From contig OZ219802.1 in NCBI GenBank assembly GCA_964291655.2, positions 640,001 to 704,000 on the forward strand: a DNA stretch of 64,000 nucleotides. Direction: 5' to 3'. The position numbers and the translations under genes were made by a program. Below the pieces are notes generated by a model. The model had not been told where the DNA came from and searched no databases. It was given only the letters and a program-made list of their open reading frames with translations. Source of the DNA: Chloroflexota bacterium (lineage in GTDB: Bacteria > Chloroflexota > UBA11872 > VXOZ01). Below, one piece after another: positions 41,615-51,376 of this stretch (within the stretch, counting starts at the first letter, position 1; every line of letters starts with the position of its first letter).

Positions 41615-41887
41615 ATGCCCCTCCGTCGCCTCGAGCGCGAGTTAGCAGACAGGCCGGATACGCAGTTTCAAGATCTGCGCGGGTTGCGCGTCTACGACCG
41701 GTGCAACCGCGTATTGGGCAAAGTGCGCGCCGTTGTCGTAGACACGGAGACCAACGAGACGGTCTACGCTGAAATCGCGTCTCCTAGCATTCTGGGTCTG
41801 GGGAACCGGCGCCAGCTGGTACGCCGTGACCGGCTGCACCACAACGCGCGCGGCCTACGTCTCACGCGGCCTACGTCTCAAAGGTAG
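41615..41887 (+). CDS. PRC-barrel domain protein
   Basis: DLRGLRVYD....LGKV..VVVD.......Y.EI....ILGLG pattern. Confidence 0.7.
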   Translation: MPLRRLERELADRPDTQFQDLRGLRVYDRCNRVLGKVRAVVVDTETNETVYAEIASPSILGLGNRRQLVRRDRLHHNARGLRLTRPTSQR

Positions 41888-42909
41888 GCGTTGAAGAAGT
41901 CGAAGGCTTTGGCGCCGCTGAACTCGTGCCCGCCGTCGAATTCGTCGAGCCAGAGGCTTTCCGATACCTGCGCCGCCGCGTAGATGGTTTCCAAGTGTGC
42001 ATACGCCTCACGCGCGGCCGCAATCGGAAAGCCTCCGTCTTGTATGCCGGACTCGATGAGGAGCGCCCGCGGCGCTACTAAGCCGCAAACATCGGCCACT
42101 TCCGCATACTTGAGAATGCCGGGTACGAACTGCGATCCGCAAAAATTGCCCTGGGTGAGCGCATATTGCTTGAAGGTCGTCAAATAGCACACCACGTCAG
42201 CCGCTTTCACCCGCTCATCCACTGCCGCAAGGTACATTGCGCGTGTGCCGCCCAGCGAGAGCCCGATGCAACCAAGCCGGTCCGCGTCTACTTCCGGGCG
42301 GCTCGCCAGGTAGTCAAGACCTCGCATGTCGTCCCAGGTATTGAGGGCCATCAAGTTCATGCCAAGGAGAAAGGTCTTGATGCCGTTTACGTTGCAGCCG
42401 TCGCGGTTGCCGTACCGCCGGAAGTCTTCTCGGCGTTCGCCAAAACCACGCGCGTCGGGGCAGAGAGTGATGAATCCGCGCTTGGCGAGTTGTAGGCCGT
42501 AGTCGTAGTTGTAGCGCTTAATCAACTCCGCGCGTTCCTCTTCGCCATTGTCCACGTGTGCTACGGGATCTTTGCCGTACGGCCCCCCATGACCGTGCAA
42601 ACAGATGATGCCCGGTGCGGGTTGGTCCACGCCCTCTGGAATCAAAAGCCACGCCGGGACCTGAACGTCTTCAGCAGAGGTGTACACCACTTTCTCGTAA
42701 CGCACGCCGAACTGCTCGCGCTCTTCGACGACGCGGGCCTCCAACGGCACCTGCTCCGGAAACGGCTCCATGAGGTCAAGCAGCCGCGTCCGCAATTGCT
42801 TCTGCCACACGTACCACTCCTCACGACTCTCGCCGGCAAAGTGCATGAGAGGCGGGTGTTTTTCATAGTACGCCATCACGTACGTATCGAAGTCAAAGAC
42901 ATCGCTCAT
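41878..42909 (-). CDS. Alpha/beta hydrolase (dienelactone hydrolase/Abhydrolase_7-like)
   Basis: CLHGHG, DARGFGER, GCIGLSLGG, LVAPRAL, FDGGHEF. Confidence 0.87.
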   Translation of the reverse strand: MSDVFDFDTYVMAYYEKHPPLMHFAGESREEWYVWQKQLRTRLLDLMEPFPEQVPLEARVVEEREQFGVRYEKVVYTSAEDVQVPAWLLIPEGVDQPAPGIICLHGHGGPYGKDPVAHVDNGEEERAELIKRYNYDYGLQLAKRGFITLCPDARGFGERREDFRRYGNRDGCNVNGIKTFLLGMNLMALNTWDDMRGLDYLASRPEVDADRLGCIGLSLGGTRAMYLAAVDERVKAADVVCYLTTFKQYALTQGNFCGSQFVPGILKYAEVADVCGLVAPRALLIESGIQDGGFPIAAAREAYAHLETIYAAAQVSESLWLDEFDGGHEFSGAKAFDFFNAYL

Positions 42910-43174
42910 GGGAGTGCTCTCTTTCTAAATGAAATTAGTCGCTTAGCAGCTCCGTATTGACCGGAGAAAGAACCGGCATTCAATTCCGTCTCTGCTACGA
43001 AACAGCATGACGGACTCCATCATTTCCGCGCAAGCTCGCCTCCGCACGGCGGCCCGGATTTCACCCCTTTCGCCCGCGCACACTATCCCAAGCATGGGAC
43101 AAGCCCCCGCGCTACGTCTGAGATCCTCGCTGCCTCCGGAATGACCCGCAAATTCAAGACTGTCGCGCAAGCCG

Positions 43175-43411
43175 TTAGGTTACTTGTGCTAATTCCACAA
43201 CGTTGAACGGCACCTCGCGGGGATTCTCCGGCCCAACGTAAATCGCGTCCGTTGGGCAATAGATCTCGCACAATAAGCAAGACTGGCAGTCGTCCACGTA
43301 ACGGATGAAGGCTTTCTTCTTGTCATCCATGCGGAGAACGTCGAGAGGACAGACCTTCACGCAAAGGGTGCAGCCAATACACAGGTCTTCGTATACTTTT
43401 TCAATTGCCAC
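43175..43411 (-). CDS. 2x[4Fe-4S] ferredoxin (AsfB/AprB-like)
   Basis: CIGCTLCVKVCP and CQSCLLCEIYCP. Confidence 0.9.
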   Translation of the reverse strand: MAIEKVYEDLCIGCTLCVKVCPLDVLRMDDKKKAFIRYVDDCQSCLLCEIYCPTDAIYVGPENPREVPFNVVELAQVT

Positions 43412-43727
43412 TACTAGATATCTCCACTACGCTCAATATGGGTCCGCGACGCGACCTTAGCCGCATGCCCAGACCCCGCATGCTACAAGTCACCTGGATT
43501 CGGTTAGTATTATCTTACCGCTAGTACGCCTAAACCCCCGTCCAACAAGCCGTAGCGCGGGGGCTTGTCCCCCGCTTCTTGGCAGGTTAGGTTTACACCA
43601 TCTAGGGCAGGGCGCATACCTTGTTATCCAAGATGCGTTTGTCAGCATTCTCAAGTCCACATAGTACCTTTTGCCGCGCCACTCTGGTTAGCAGGCCGCC
43701 CGGGCGACACTATCCACACTCAGAAAA

Positions 43728-45428
43728 CTACATCGCCGCAGGTTCGAGTATACCCAACTTCTGCAGCCGCTCGCGGGGAACTGCAGCATACCGGTAGGTC
43801 GGCTCATTGTCCGCATCCGGCTCTGCGATTATCCACCGCAGCCAGCCATTGTCGTCTCGCTGAGGATAGTCTTCACGGTAGTGCCACCCCCGGCTCTCCG
43901 TCCGCTTGAGCGCTGCCTCGTACATCAACGCCGTCGTCAATGCCGTCGCTTCCACTTCGTAGCACTTCACCAGCTCATGAAAGTCCGGCGCAAACAAGCG
44001 CGGCACCGCCTCCTGCTGCAATTCCCGTACGTGGGCGAACGCCCGCTGCATACGCTCACCGTGCCGAAAGATATTTACTTCCGTTGGCATGGCCTGGGTC
44101 TGCAGGTGACCGTAAACAACATCGGGGAGCAGGCCGTCCTCACGCTCCATGGGTCGCAGCGCCTCCGCCAGGGCATCCTCCGCTTTCGCAGCAGAAATCT
44201 CTTCCCCAGCAACGCCCTGTGCAAACTTCCCCGCGCCCTCACCCGCGGCAAAGCCGCTCGCGTTCGCCCAAGCGAGATTGAGAAACGTGATGCCGCTGGA
44301 TGCACCTACCACGTAGCCGCGTGTGGCCGCATCTCCCGCAACGTACAGACCCGGCACGCGAGTAGCTAGCGATGTATCAGTTATGTGGATTCCCGCAGAG
44401 CCCGATACGGAACCGTTGAATCCCGGATGCCATTGCGTGCGCTCAGCAAAGAGGTCCTGCCCGCTGCGACGGGCGAGTTCCGCGATGTGCTTGAAAGCGT
44501 GCAACCACATTTCTCGATCCGTGCCGGGGACTGCGGAGAGGTCAAGCTGAATCGGCCCGCGCCCAGCCCGAATTTCGGATGCCATACCGCGGGCGATGAC
44601 GTGTATTGCCGGGGGAACCTTATCCGAATACTTGCCGAGAAACGGTTCACCCTCTCCATTCAAGTACTTGCCGCCTATGGCAGCGAGAATGCATTGTCCA
44701 TGGCTATCAAAGCGGGTGTTGGTGGCAATGTAGCCATTGGCAAACTCCATATTCATTAGGGACGCGCCGGCGTCCCATGCGAGCTTATATGCCTCGCCAC
44801 AAAGCATGTCGTGGCCGAAATGCGTCCCTTTCCACGCACAGCCTCCTGCTGCCAGCACCACGGACTTTGCCTGAATCAGACAGAGCCGCTCATCCTGCCG
44901 CCGGATGCCCACCGCGCCGACAACTCGACCGTCCTGTACGAGAAGCTTCACGATTGCGGCATGATCGAGGATTTTCGCCTGCTTGGTGCGCAAGACTTGC
45001 TTGCGCATGAGTTTCATCAACTCGACGCTGTCCAAGCCAAGCCGCCAGACCGTCTCCCGTGAACCTACGTAGATGAGGCGGCGGTGAAGGGATCCGTCTT
45101 CATGGCGGTCAAAAGGGGCACCCCAGCCATCTAATTCCGTAATTCGCTCGTAGTTGGCCTGCACCAACCATTCCACCCACGCCGGATCTATAAGAAGCTC
45201 ACTCTCGCGGCAATGTTCCCGCACAAAGTCTGCGGGATCGTCATCCGGCGTCAGGTAGAGCACCACGCCACCCGCGAAGACGCTACAGCCGGACCCTCCC
45301 ACGAATCCCTTGTCCACCACTAACGCCCGGCTGCCCTGCCGCGTGGCCGCAATCGCAGCCCAGCAACCCGCCAACCCGCCGCCGATTACGAGGACATCGG
45401 TGGTGTAGATGTCATGTGGAACTTCCAT
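43728..45428 (-). CDS. FAD-dependent oxidoreductase, succinate dehydrogenase/APS reductase flavoprotein family (AsfA-like)
   Basis: DVLVIGGGLAG, SGCS, VVLAAGG, PGLYVAGD, RTESRGWHYREDYP.RDD. Confidence 0.85.
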   Translation of the reverse strand: MEVPHDIYTTDVLVIGGGLAGCWAAIAATRQGSRALVVDKGFVGGSGCSVFAGGVVLYLTPDDDPADFVREHCRESELLIDPAWVEWLVQANYERITELDGWGAPFDRHEDGSLHRRLIYVGSRETVWRLGLDSVELMKLMRKQVLRTKQAKILDHAAIVKLLVQDGRVVGAVGIRRQDERLCLIQAKSVVLAAGGCAWKGTHFGHDMLCGEAYKLAWDAGASLMNMEFANGYIATNTRFDSHGQCILAAIGGKYLNGEGEPFLGKYSDKVPPAIHVIARGMASEIRAGRGPIQLDLSAVPGTDREMWLHAFKHIAELARRSGQDLFAERTQWHPGFNGSVSGSAGIHITDTSLATRVPGLYVAGDAATRGYVVGASSGITFLNLAWANASGFAAGEGAGKFAQGVAGEEISAAKAEDALAEALRPMEREDGLLPDVVYGHLQTQAMPTEVNIFRHGERMQRAFAHVRELQQEAVPRLFAPDFHELVKCYEVEATALTTALMYEAALKRTESRGWHYREDYPQRDDNGWLRWIIAEPDADNEPTYRYAAVPRERLQKLGILEPAAM

Positions 45429-45449
45429 TAAGACCCTCACCCTAGCCCT

Positions 45450-46714
45450 TGTACAGACTGGGCTGATAGGTAACAGGTGTTCGGGTTGATAGGTTACACA
45501 TTTTGTTCTCTGAGGTCTATGGTTTTGATGCGTTGTATTGAGAAGTGCACGTTCCAGATGCCGTCGGTTTGGGCAGGCCTGAGTGCGACCTGTTTGTGGG
45601 TGAAGGCCCTGCCCACACGGAGCCGTCTGCCCTGGAAGGAGATGCGACCGGAGACATCGACGCTGCGCACGTGGTCGTCAGGAGCGTAGTCGAGGGCAGG
45701 CAACGTCTCAGGGAAGGGGCGCGGACTAGGCGTGTATCTGGTGATGGGTGTGTCGAGATCGAGGGCATGATGGGGGCGTTCCAAGTTGTAGAAGTCGCGC
45801 CAGGTGTCGAAGGCGCCCTGGCAGTGCTCCAGGTCGGTGAAGCTGGTTCCTGCCAGCAGTTCGCTCTTGAGCGAGCGGTGGAAGCGTTCCAGCTTGCCGA
45901 GTGTCTGGGGATGATAGGGTCTACTGTGGAGCACGCTGATGCCCAGCTGCATGAGCCAGACGGTGAGGGGCGTAAAAGGCTGGGCACTGTCGTTGCCCCA
46001 GGGGGAGCCGTTATCCATGAGCATGGCCTGGGGCAGGCCGTAGCGCCGAAAGACAGTGGTGAGGCGGTCTTGAACCGTCTCTCCCCGCTCGTTGGCGCAG
46101 GCCTGTAAACCTAGGTTGAAGCGGGAATGATCGTCCAGGAGGGTAAGCGGATGGCAGCGGTTCTGCTGCATGACGAAATGTCCCTTGAAGTCCATCTGCC
46201 ACAGCTCGTTGGGCTGGGGTCGTTCGAAGCGCACATGGGGCGTGTGCTTGGCGCTCTGGGCTGGATCGATGAGCCCATGGCGTTTGAGAATGGCATTGAT
46301 GGTGCTCTTGGCCGGCACGTCGGTATGCCCCTGGTCCTGCAGCATTCTGCGCAGCACATGGGCGCCCTTCGTAGGATGCGCCAGACGCAGCGCGATGATG
46401 CGTTCCTCCATCGCCGGGCGCGTGCGGTGCGGACACGTGTGCGTGCGGTGCGAACGGTCACGCAGGCTCTGCGCTCCCCCCGACGCGTACCGCCGCAACC
46501 ACTTGTAGCCAGTCTTGCGGCTGATGTTGAACCGACCGCACAATTCGCTCATTCTCACCGCGCCACTATTGGCCAGAGCAATAAACTCTTCCCGGGCAGA
46601 CATAAGCGTTTCCACCTTCCACGACATGGTCATCCTCCCGCTGCAAGATTCTCCATGCCTATAGGTGTAACCTATCAACCCGAACAAGCGTTACCCATCA
46701 ACCCGGTCTATACA
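45450..46714 (-). mobile_element. IS481-family insertion sequence
   Basis: TGT...ACA ends; IRs TGTACAGACTGGGCTGATAGGTAAC / TGTATAGACCGGGTTGATGGGTAAC with inner repeat TGTTCGGGTTGATAGGTTACAC; 6-bp direct repeat AGCCCT at 45444-45449 and 46715-46720. Confidence 0.92.
45494..46627 (-). CDS. IS481-family DDE transposase
   Basis: HTH ISRKTGYKWL.RY; WQMDFKG, DDHSR, DNG, HPQTLGKLERFH, YN.ERPH. Confidence 0.93.
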   Translation of the reverse strand: MSWKVETLMSAREEFIALANSGAVRMSELCGRFNISRKTGYKWLRRYASGGAQSLRDRSHRTHTCPHRTRPAMEERIIALRLAHPTKGAHVLRRMLQDQGHTDVPAKSTINAILKRHGLIDPAQSAKHTPHVRFERPQPNELWQMDFKGHFVMQQNRCHPLTLLDDHSRFNLGLQACANERGETVQDRLTTVFRRYGLPQAMLMDNGSPWGNDSAQPFTPLTVWLMQLGISVLHSRPYHPQTLGKLERFHRSLKSELLAGTSFTDLEHCQGAFDTWRDFYNLERPHHALDLDTPITRYTPSPRPFPETLPALDYAPDDHVRSVDVSGRISFQGRRLRVGRAFTHKQVALRPAQTDGIWNVHFSIQRIKTIDLREQNV

Positions 46715-46911
46715 AGCCCTCTCCCAGAGGGAGAGGGGACAATCTCAGAGCTTAGTTATCTGCCAGAACCATCCGGAAACGGCAAATCGCGACCGGACTT
46801 GATTGCAATTCGCTTGCCAGAGCCAGCGAATTCTTCATTGACTACTTGTAGCGCGGGGGCTTGTCCCCCGCTCTTTAGCGCAACAATCAAACACCATCTC
46901 GGGCTAGGCGT

Positions 46912-47775
46912 TTAGCGTTCCTCCTGGTCCCACGAGACGTGTACGCGGAGCGAGCGGATGATCTGGTCCAACGCATAGCCGATGACGCCAATAATGAGAA
47001 TGACGGCCATGAGCTCACCGTAGTTGAAGCGGTCGCGCGTATCCAGAATGTAGTAGCCCAGGCCATCGGAAACGCCCAACATCTCCGCGGGAACCAAGAC
47101 GACCCAGGCGAGACCCACCGCCAAACGGAGCCCGGTAAGCATGTCCGGGACAATCGCAGGCAGGATGACCATGCGCACAAGCTTCCACTCGTTGGCGCCC
47201 AGGGTGCGCGCTGCCCGAATCCAGCGCTGGTCCAGACTGCTCACACCATGAGCCGAATTGATTATCATCGGCCACACCGCAGCAATGGCAATCAGGAAGA
47301 TGACGGGATTGCTCCCTACACCAAACGCGATAATCGCAATCGGCATCCAAGACAACGGCGAAATCATGCGGATGAACTGGAAGGCGAGCGTAGAAGCTCG
47401 TTCGGCCGTCCGGTAGTGGCCGATGATGACGCCAATCGGCACCCCAATTGCGACCGCTAGAGCCAATCCCAACCCAATGCGCTCTAAGCTTGCAACGATG
47501 TGGGAGTAAATGACACCGCTGACAAAGAAGCCCACGAGCTCGCGAAAGGCGTTGCGAGGTTGGAACGCCATCACGATGCCGGAGTCAGTCAGCAGACCGC
47601 CTGTAAGCACCTGCCAAAAGAGCAGGATGACGAGGAAGCCTATGACTGGTAGGCCTATGCGGCGTACTTGCACCCACCAACGGCTGGCAGCCGGCTCCGA
47701 AACGCTCCTCGCCGTCGCGGAGCCGGAGCGCTTTTCGTCGCGAGCGGGTTCGGCCAGCCGTCCTTCCGTGCGCAT
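46912..47775 (-). CDS. Nitrate/sulfonate/bicarbonate-type ABC transporter permease
   Basis: SLERI, ISPLSWMP, AARTLGA (EAA loop), LVPAEM, GLGY. Confidence 0.9.
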   Translation of the reverse strand: MRTEGRLAEPARDEKRSGSATARSVSEPAASRWWVQVRRIGLPVIGFLVILLFWQVLTGGLLTDSGIVMAFQPRNAFRELVGFFVSGVIYSHIVASLERIGLGLALAVAIGVPIGVIIGHYRTAERASTLAFQFIRMISPLSWMPIAIIAFGVGSNPVIFLIAIAAVWPMIINSAHGVSSLDQRWIRAARTLGANEWKLVRMVILPAIVPDMLTGLRLAVGLAWVVLVPAEMLGVSDGLGYYILDTRDRFNYGELMAVILIIGVIGYALDQIIRSLRVHVSWDQEER

Positions 47776-47779
47776 GGCC

Positions 47780-49018
47780 TCACTCAATGCCGATGATCTC
47801 CTTGCGCTCGAACGCTTGCTCTTCCGCAATGTTGAACGCGGCAGGGCCGCCGGCGGCGTTATAGGCTTCTCTAACCAGCGTATACTCTACCAAATCTTCC
47901 GCCGCGTGATCGCCTGAGAGATCGCCCAAGAAGCTGGTGTCGCCTTCTACCTTCGTCTGCTTGATTTGATTTACAAGCTCTATGGTATAGGTCGGATACG
48001 GCCACGGCTGGAAGCCAATCCGTGACGCGCCCCACTCCGGATGGTGGATGGCATTCGTGCCCTGCGGGCCATAGGTCTCTAAATCGTACTTGCTCATGGC
48101 ACGTTCGATTACATTGGCGGCCTGCGGCAGGAGTCCACTGCCGTCCTTCGAAAGTAGCTGCGCCGTACCGGGAATGTCCTTGAGCGCCCCAAGCTGAGCT
48201 TTGGCAATGCTGTTCAGCACACGCTGCGCCCACTCTGGGTTCTCATTGATGTATTTCTCGCTCAGCACCGCCACGCAGCACGCATGGTCCTTCCAGATGT
48301 CACCCGTGAAGCGGATAATCTTCCCGTTTGCGAGCAACTCACCGGCAGCGTTGAATGGCTCCGCCACGATATAGCCGTCAATCGATCGGTTACCAAGCGC
48401 AGTCGGCATGTCCGGCGGCGCCATCACGAAGAGATTCACCTGATTGCCGGCGAGCTCTCGATTGCGGTCTTGAATGACGGCCTCTAGGTTATGGTGGCGC
48501 AGTGCCATCTGCAAGACGACATTGTGGATCGAATACCAGAACGGCACGGCAATTTGCTTGCCACCCAAGTCCTTGATGCTATCAATACCGCCCTCTTGAT
48601 GCACGGTCAGCGCCGAGCCATTGATGTGGTCCCAGGCAACCACTTTGACGGGAAAGCCTATGCCGTAGCGCATCCATACCGTCATCGGCATCAGAAAGTG
48701 CGCCACATTCACCTGGTCCGCCATGAACGCTTCGGCAAGCTGCGACCAGCCGCGGAAGAGCGCGGGTTTTTCAGCATTCAAGCCCTCATTGGCAAAGTAG
48801 TCGCCAGCATATCCAAGCGTAAGCGGCGTGGAGTCCGTAATCGGCAAGTAGCCAACTTTTACGGGTATGTCCGCAACCTTTGAGGGGCTCACCGGCCCGC
48901 CACTCGCGCTTTCTTCTTCGTCACCGCCGCAGGCGCCGAGCAGCGGACTGGCAACAGCGCCGAGAGCCACGGCGCCAAGCGTATTCAGGAATTGCGCCCG
49001 CGTAATCTGCTTTGACAT
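47780..49018 (-). CDS. NrtA/CmpA/SsuA-type ABC substrate-binding lipoprotein
   Basis: LGAC lipobox, VGYLPITD, AVPFWYSIHN, MAPPDM, GYIVAEPF, HACCV. Confidence 0.88.
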   Translation of the reverse strand: MSKQITRAQFLNTLGAVALGAVASPLLGACGGDEEESASGGPVSPSKVADIPVKVGYLPITDSTPLTLGYAGDYFANEGLNAEKPALFRGWSQLAEAFMADQVNVAHFLMPMTVWMRYGIGFPVKVVAWDHINGSALTVHQEGGIDSIKDLGGKQIAVPFWYSIHNVVLQMALRHHNLEAVIQDRNRELAGNQVNLFVMAPPDMPTALGNRSIDGYIVAEPFNAAGELLANGKIIRFTGDIWKDHACCVAVLSEKYINENPEWAQRVLNSIAKAQLGALKDIPGTAQLLSKDGSGLLPQAANVIERAMSKYDLETYGPQGTNAIHHPEWGASRIGFQPWPYPTYTIELVNQIKQTKVEGDTSFLGDLSGDHAAEDLVEYTLVREAYNAAGGPAAFNIAEEQAFERKEIIGIE

Positions 49019-49271
49019 TTTCAGTTCTCCCTTAGAGTGGGTCTGTGTCTATTCTTTATAACAAGAAAACTTCGTACTCTAGATCGCCCCGGTAGCTGCG
49101 GTCAGTGAACTCGCGACCTCCCGAACCAGAATTCCATTAGGTCACCTGCTCCCCAACGGACGTATTCTCCGGTGCATGACCGCAATAGTAGACTTACAAC
49201 AGAGTTCTTGGACAACTCCCTGATAGAGCTTGCGAGTAGGCTGAGGTGTGTACGGCATTATTTGAAAGTCC

Positions 49272-50114
49272 CTAGATGTGATAGTACTGTTCGCGTGTGT
49301 GCGCGAGATTGAACTCGGTAAAGACTTCCTCACGCAAGCGCACGAGCTGCGGGTCAACACGATCGCGCGGGTGAGCAATGGGCACCGGGATGATCCGCCG
49401 CAACTCGCCGGGATGCGCGGACATGATTGCCACACGATCGCCAACATATAACGCTTCGTCAATGTCATGCGTCACGAAAACAGTGGTCACGCGTTGCGCC
49501 TTTACGATGCGCACGATTTCCTCTTGCATTTCCATGCGCGTGAAAGCGTCGAGCGCGCCGAAGGGCTCATCCATAAGCAAGATCTCCACCTGATTGGCGA
49601 GCGCGCGCGCCAATGCGACGCGTTGCGCCATGCCACCGGAGAGCTGCGCCGGCCGCGCCCGTTCGAATCCCTGCAAGCGGGTGAGTGCCACCAGGTCCGC
49701 AACTATCGTCTGCTTGTCGCCCCTGAACCTGCGCGCGTCGAGACCGAAACGAATGTTCTCCTCGACCGTCAACCAAGGAAAGAGCGCATAGTCTTGAAAG
49801 ACCATGCCTCGTGTGTAATGCGGGCCTGCTACCGGTTCGCCCGCTACAGTGACGCTCCCGTGGGAAAGCTGATCTAGTCCCGCAACGATGTTAAGGAGCG
49901 TCGACTTGCCACACCCACTCGGCCCCAACACGCAGAGCAACTCGCCCTCATGCACAGAAAGGCTCACGTCCTGGAATGCCACCGTGTCGCCGTGCCGCGA
50001 GCCGAACACTTTTGAGGCGCCCTCGAGCACGATCCGTGCTTCTGGGGAGGAAACGTCGCCGACGTCTTGCGCTACTAATCTCGCCACTAGAACGCCCTGC
50101 TCTCGCTGCAACAA
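49272..50114 (-). CDS. Nitrate/sulfonate-type ABC transporter ATP-binding protein
   Basis: GPSGCGKST, VFQDYALFPW, LSGGMAQR, MDEPFGALD, VTHD; start may be GTG near 50088. Confidence 0.92.
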   Translation of the reverse strand: MLQREQGVLVARLVAQDVGDVSSPEARIVLEGASKVFGSRHGDTVAFQDVSLSVHEGELLCVLGPSGCGKSTLLNIVAGLDQLSHGSVTVAGEPVAGPHYTRGMVFQDYALFPWLTVEENIRFGLDARRFRGDKQTIVADLVALTRLQGFERARPAQLSGGMAQRVALARALANQVEILLMDEPFGALDAFTRMEMQEEIVRIVKAQRVTTVFVTHDIDEALYVGDRVAIMSAHPGELRRIIPVPIAHPRDRVDPQLVRLREEVFTEFNLAHTREQYYHI

Positions 50115-50262
50115 CCACGAATGTACGCGTGCAATCTAAACTTTACTAAGTAACTTTATTTAGATAAGATATTAACTAAGTAGCATAGTGAGAAACCGAT
50201 GTCAAACTACACCGGTTCGTATAGAATGTATGCGGTAGCGTTTCACTTTCCGGAGGCTCTCG

Positions 50263-50619
50263 ATGGCGCAGCAAATTGATAGCGATATTCCCTTTGGCAC
50301 AGTCGACAGTGCGGAAGCCAAACAGATGATCGATAGCGGCGACTATCAGGTAATCGATGTGCGCATGCCCAACCAATTCGCCAAAGCGCACATTCCTGAT
50401 TCCACCTTGGCGCCGTTGCCCGAACTCTTGCAAAAGCCGTGGGAGTTCCTTGCCGAAGATAAGATTATCTTCGTATGCGAAGTCGGCCAGAGTAGCCAGG
50501 TTGCTTGCGAGATCGCCGCCGCCATGGGTTTGGAGGACCTCTACAACCTTGGACCCGGCATCGTTGGCTGGCAGCAAGACGGCTATCCGCTCGAGGAAGG
50601 CCTCCCTCAAGGGGGTTGA
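50263..50619 (+). CDS. Rhodanese-like domain protein
   Basis: VIDVR, AHIP, FVCEVGQSS active-site Cys loop, GIVGW. Confidence 0.85.
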   Translation: MAQQIDSDIPFGTVDSAEAKQMIDSGDYQVIDVRMPNQFAKAHIPDSTLAPLPELLQKPWEFLAEDKIIFVCEVGQSSQVACEIAAAMGLEDLYNLGPGIVGWQQDGYPLEEGLPQGG

Positions 50620-50766
50620 GCCTCTGTTGTAATTCCTCTGCTTGGGGTGGCAATGCCCATTTGAGAAGTGGTTTGGACCACGGCAAGTCTGCCAAATACG
50701 AATGGATTTTCTGTTGCCGATTCGCTGAATTGGCTGAGTAATGTAGATGTGAGACGAGGTGTACCC

Positions 50767-51006
50767 ATGAGCGGAAACACGCACATATCCAAATGGGGTA
50801 CCAGTCTAGCCATTCGCATTCCTAAGGCAATTGCGCAACAGTGGGGCGTTCGAGAGGGATCTGCAATCGAGATCATCTCGCGTGGCGATCACGTTGTCCT
50901 GCGCAAGGAGACCTATAACCTTACCGAAATGCTGGATCAGGTGACGGACGACAATCTCCACTCCGAACAGAATATCGGCCCGATCCAAGGCAATGAGGAA
51001 TGGTAG
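50767..51006 (+). CDS. mazE: MazE/AbrB-family antitoxin
   Basis: KWGTSLAIRIP, YNL.EML..VT.DNLH.E...G...GNEEW. Confidence 0.85.
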   Translation: MSGNTHISKWGTSLAIRIPKAIAQQWGVREGSAIEIISRGDHVVLRKETYNLTEMLDQVTDDNLHSEQNIGPIQGNEEW

Positions 51007-51360
51007 GTGCTGACTATGTTCCTGCCAGAGGGGAGATTGTCTGGCTGCGCTTCACTCCTCAATCCGGGCGCGAACAGGCCGGTCACCGTCCCGTACTGGT
51101 TCTGAGCCCTGCGACCTACAACGAGAAAACCGGCCTTGCGCTGTCTTGCCCTATTGCGTCAACAGTCAAGGGATATTCCTTTGAAGTCGTTCTTCCCTCC
51201 ACAGGTGGGGTAACCGGCGTCGTGCGCGCCGATCAAGTCAAGAGCCTCAACTGGCGGGCAAGGCGTGCTCGCTTTGCGTGCCGGGCTACGCGGTCCCTGC
51301 CGAGAACGAGCTCAAGTCGTCAGCGAGGTCCTAGGCAAGATCAACGCGCTCTTACAGTAA
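51000..51360 (+). pseudogene. mazF: MazF-family toxin, frameshifted/degenerate
   Basis: YVP.RG.IVW..F.PQ.GREQAGHRP.LVLSP..YN; MazF-like C-terminal helix QVVSEVLGKINALLQ* sits out of frame after a ~19-nt insertion near 51292-51310. Confidence 0.75.
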
Positions 51361-51376
51361 TGAACCCTGCAGGTTC

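Noticed and set aside
43728-45428. Dissimilatory APS reductase or succinate dehydrogenase
   Set aside because: No sat, qmo or sdhBCD neighbours, no SHS/SHT covalent-FAD His motif, and the ferredoxin lacks the long AprB tail
49105-49130. tRNA-like GGTCGCGAGTTCA on the minus strand
   Set aside because: No closing T-stem, acceptor stem or cloverleaf can be built
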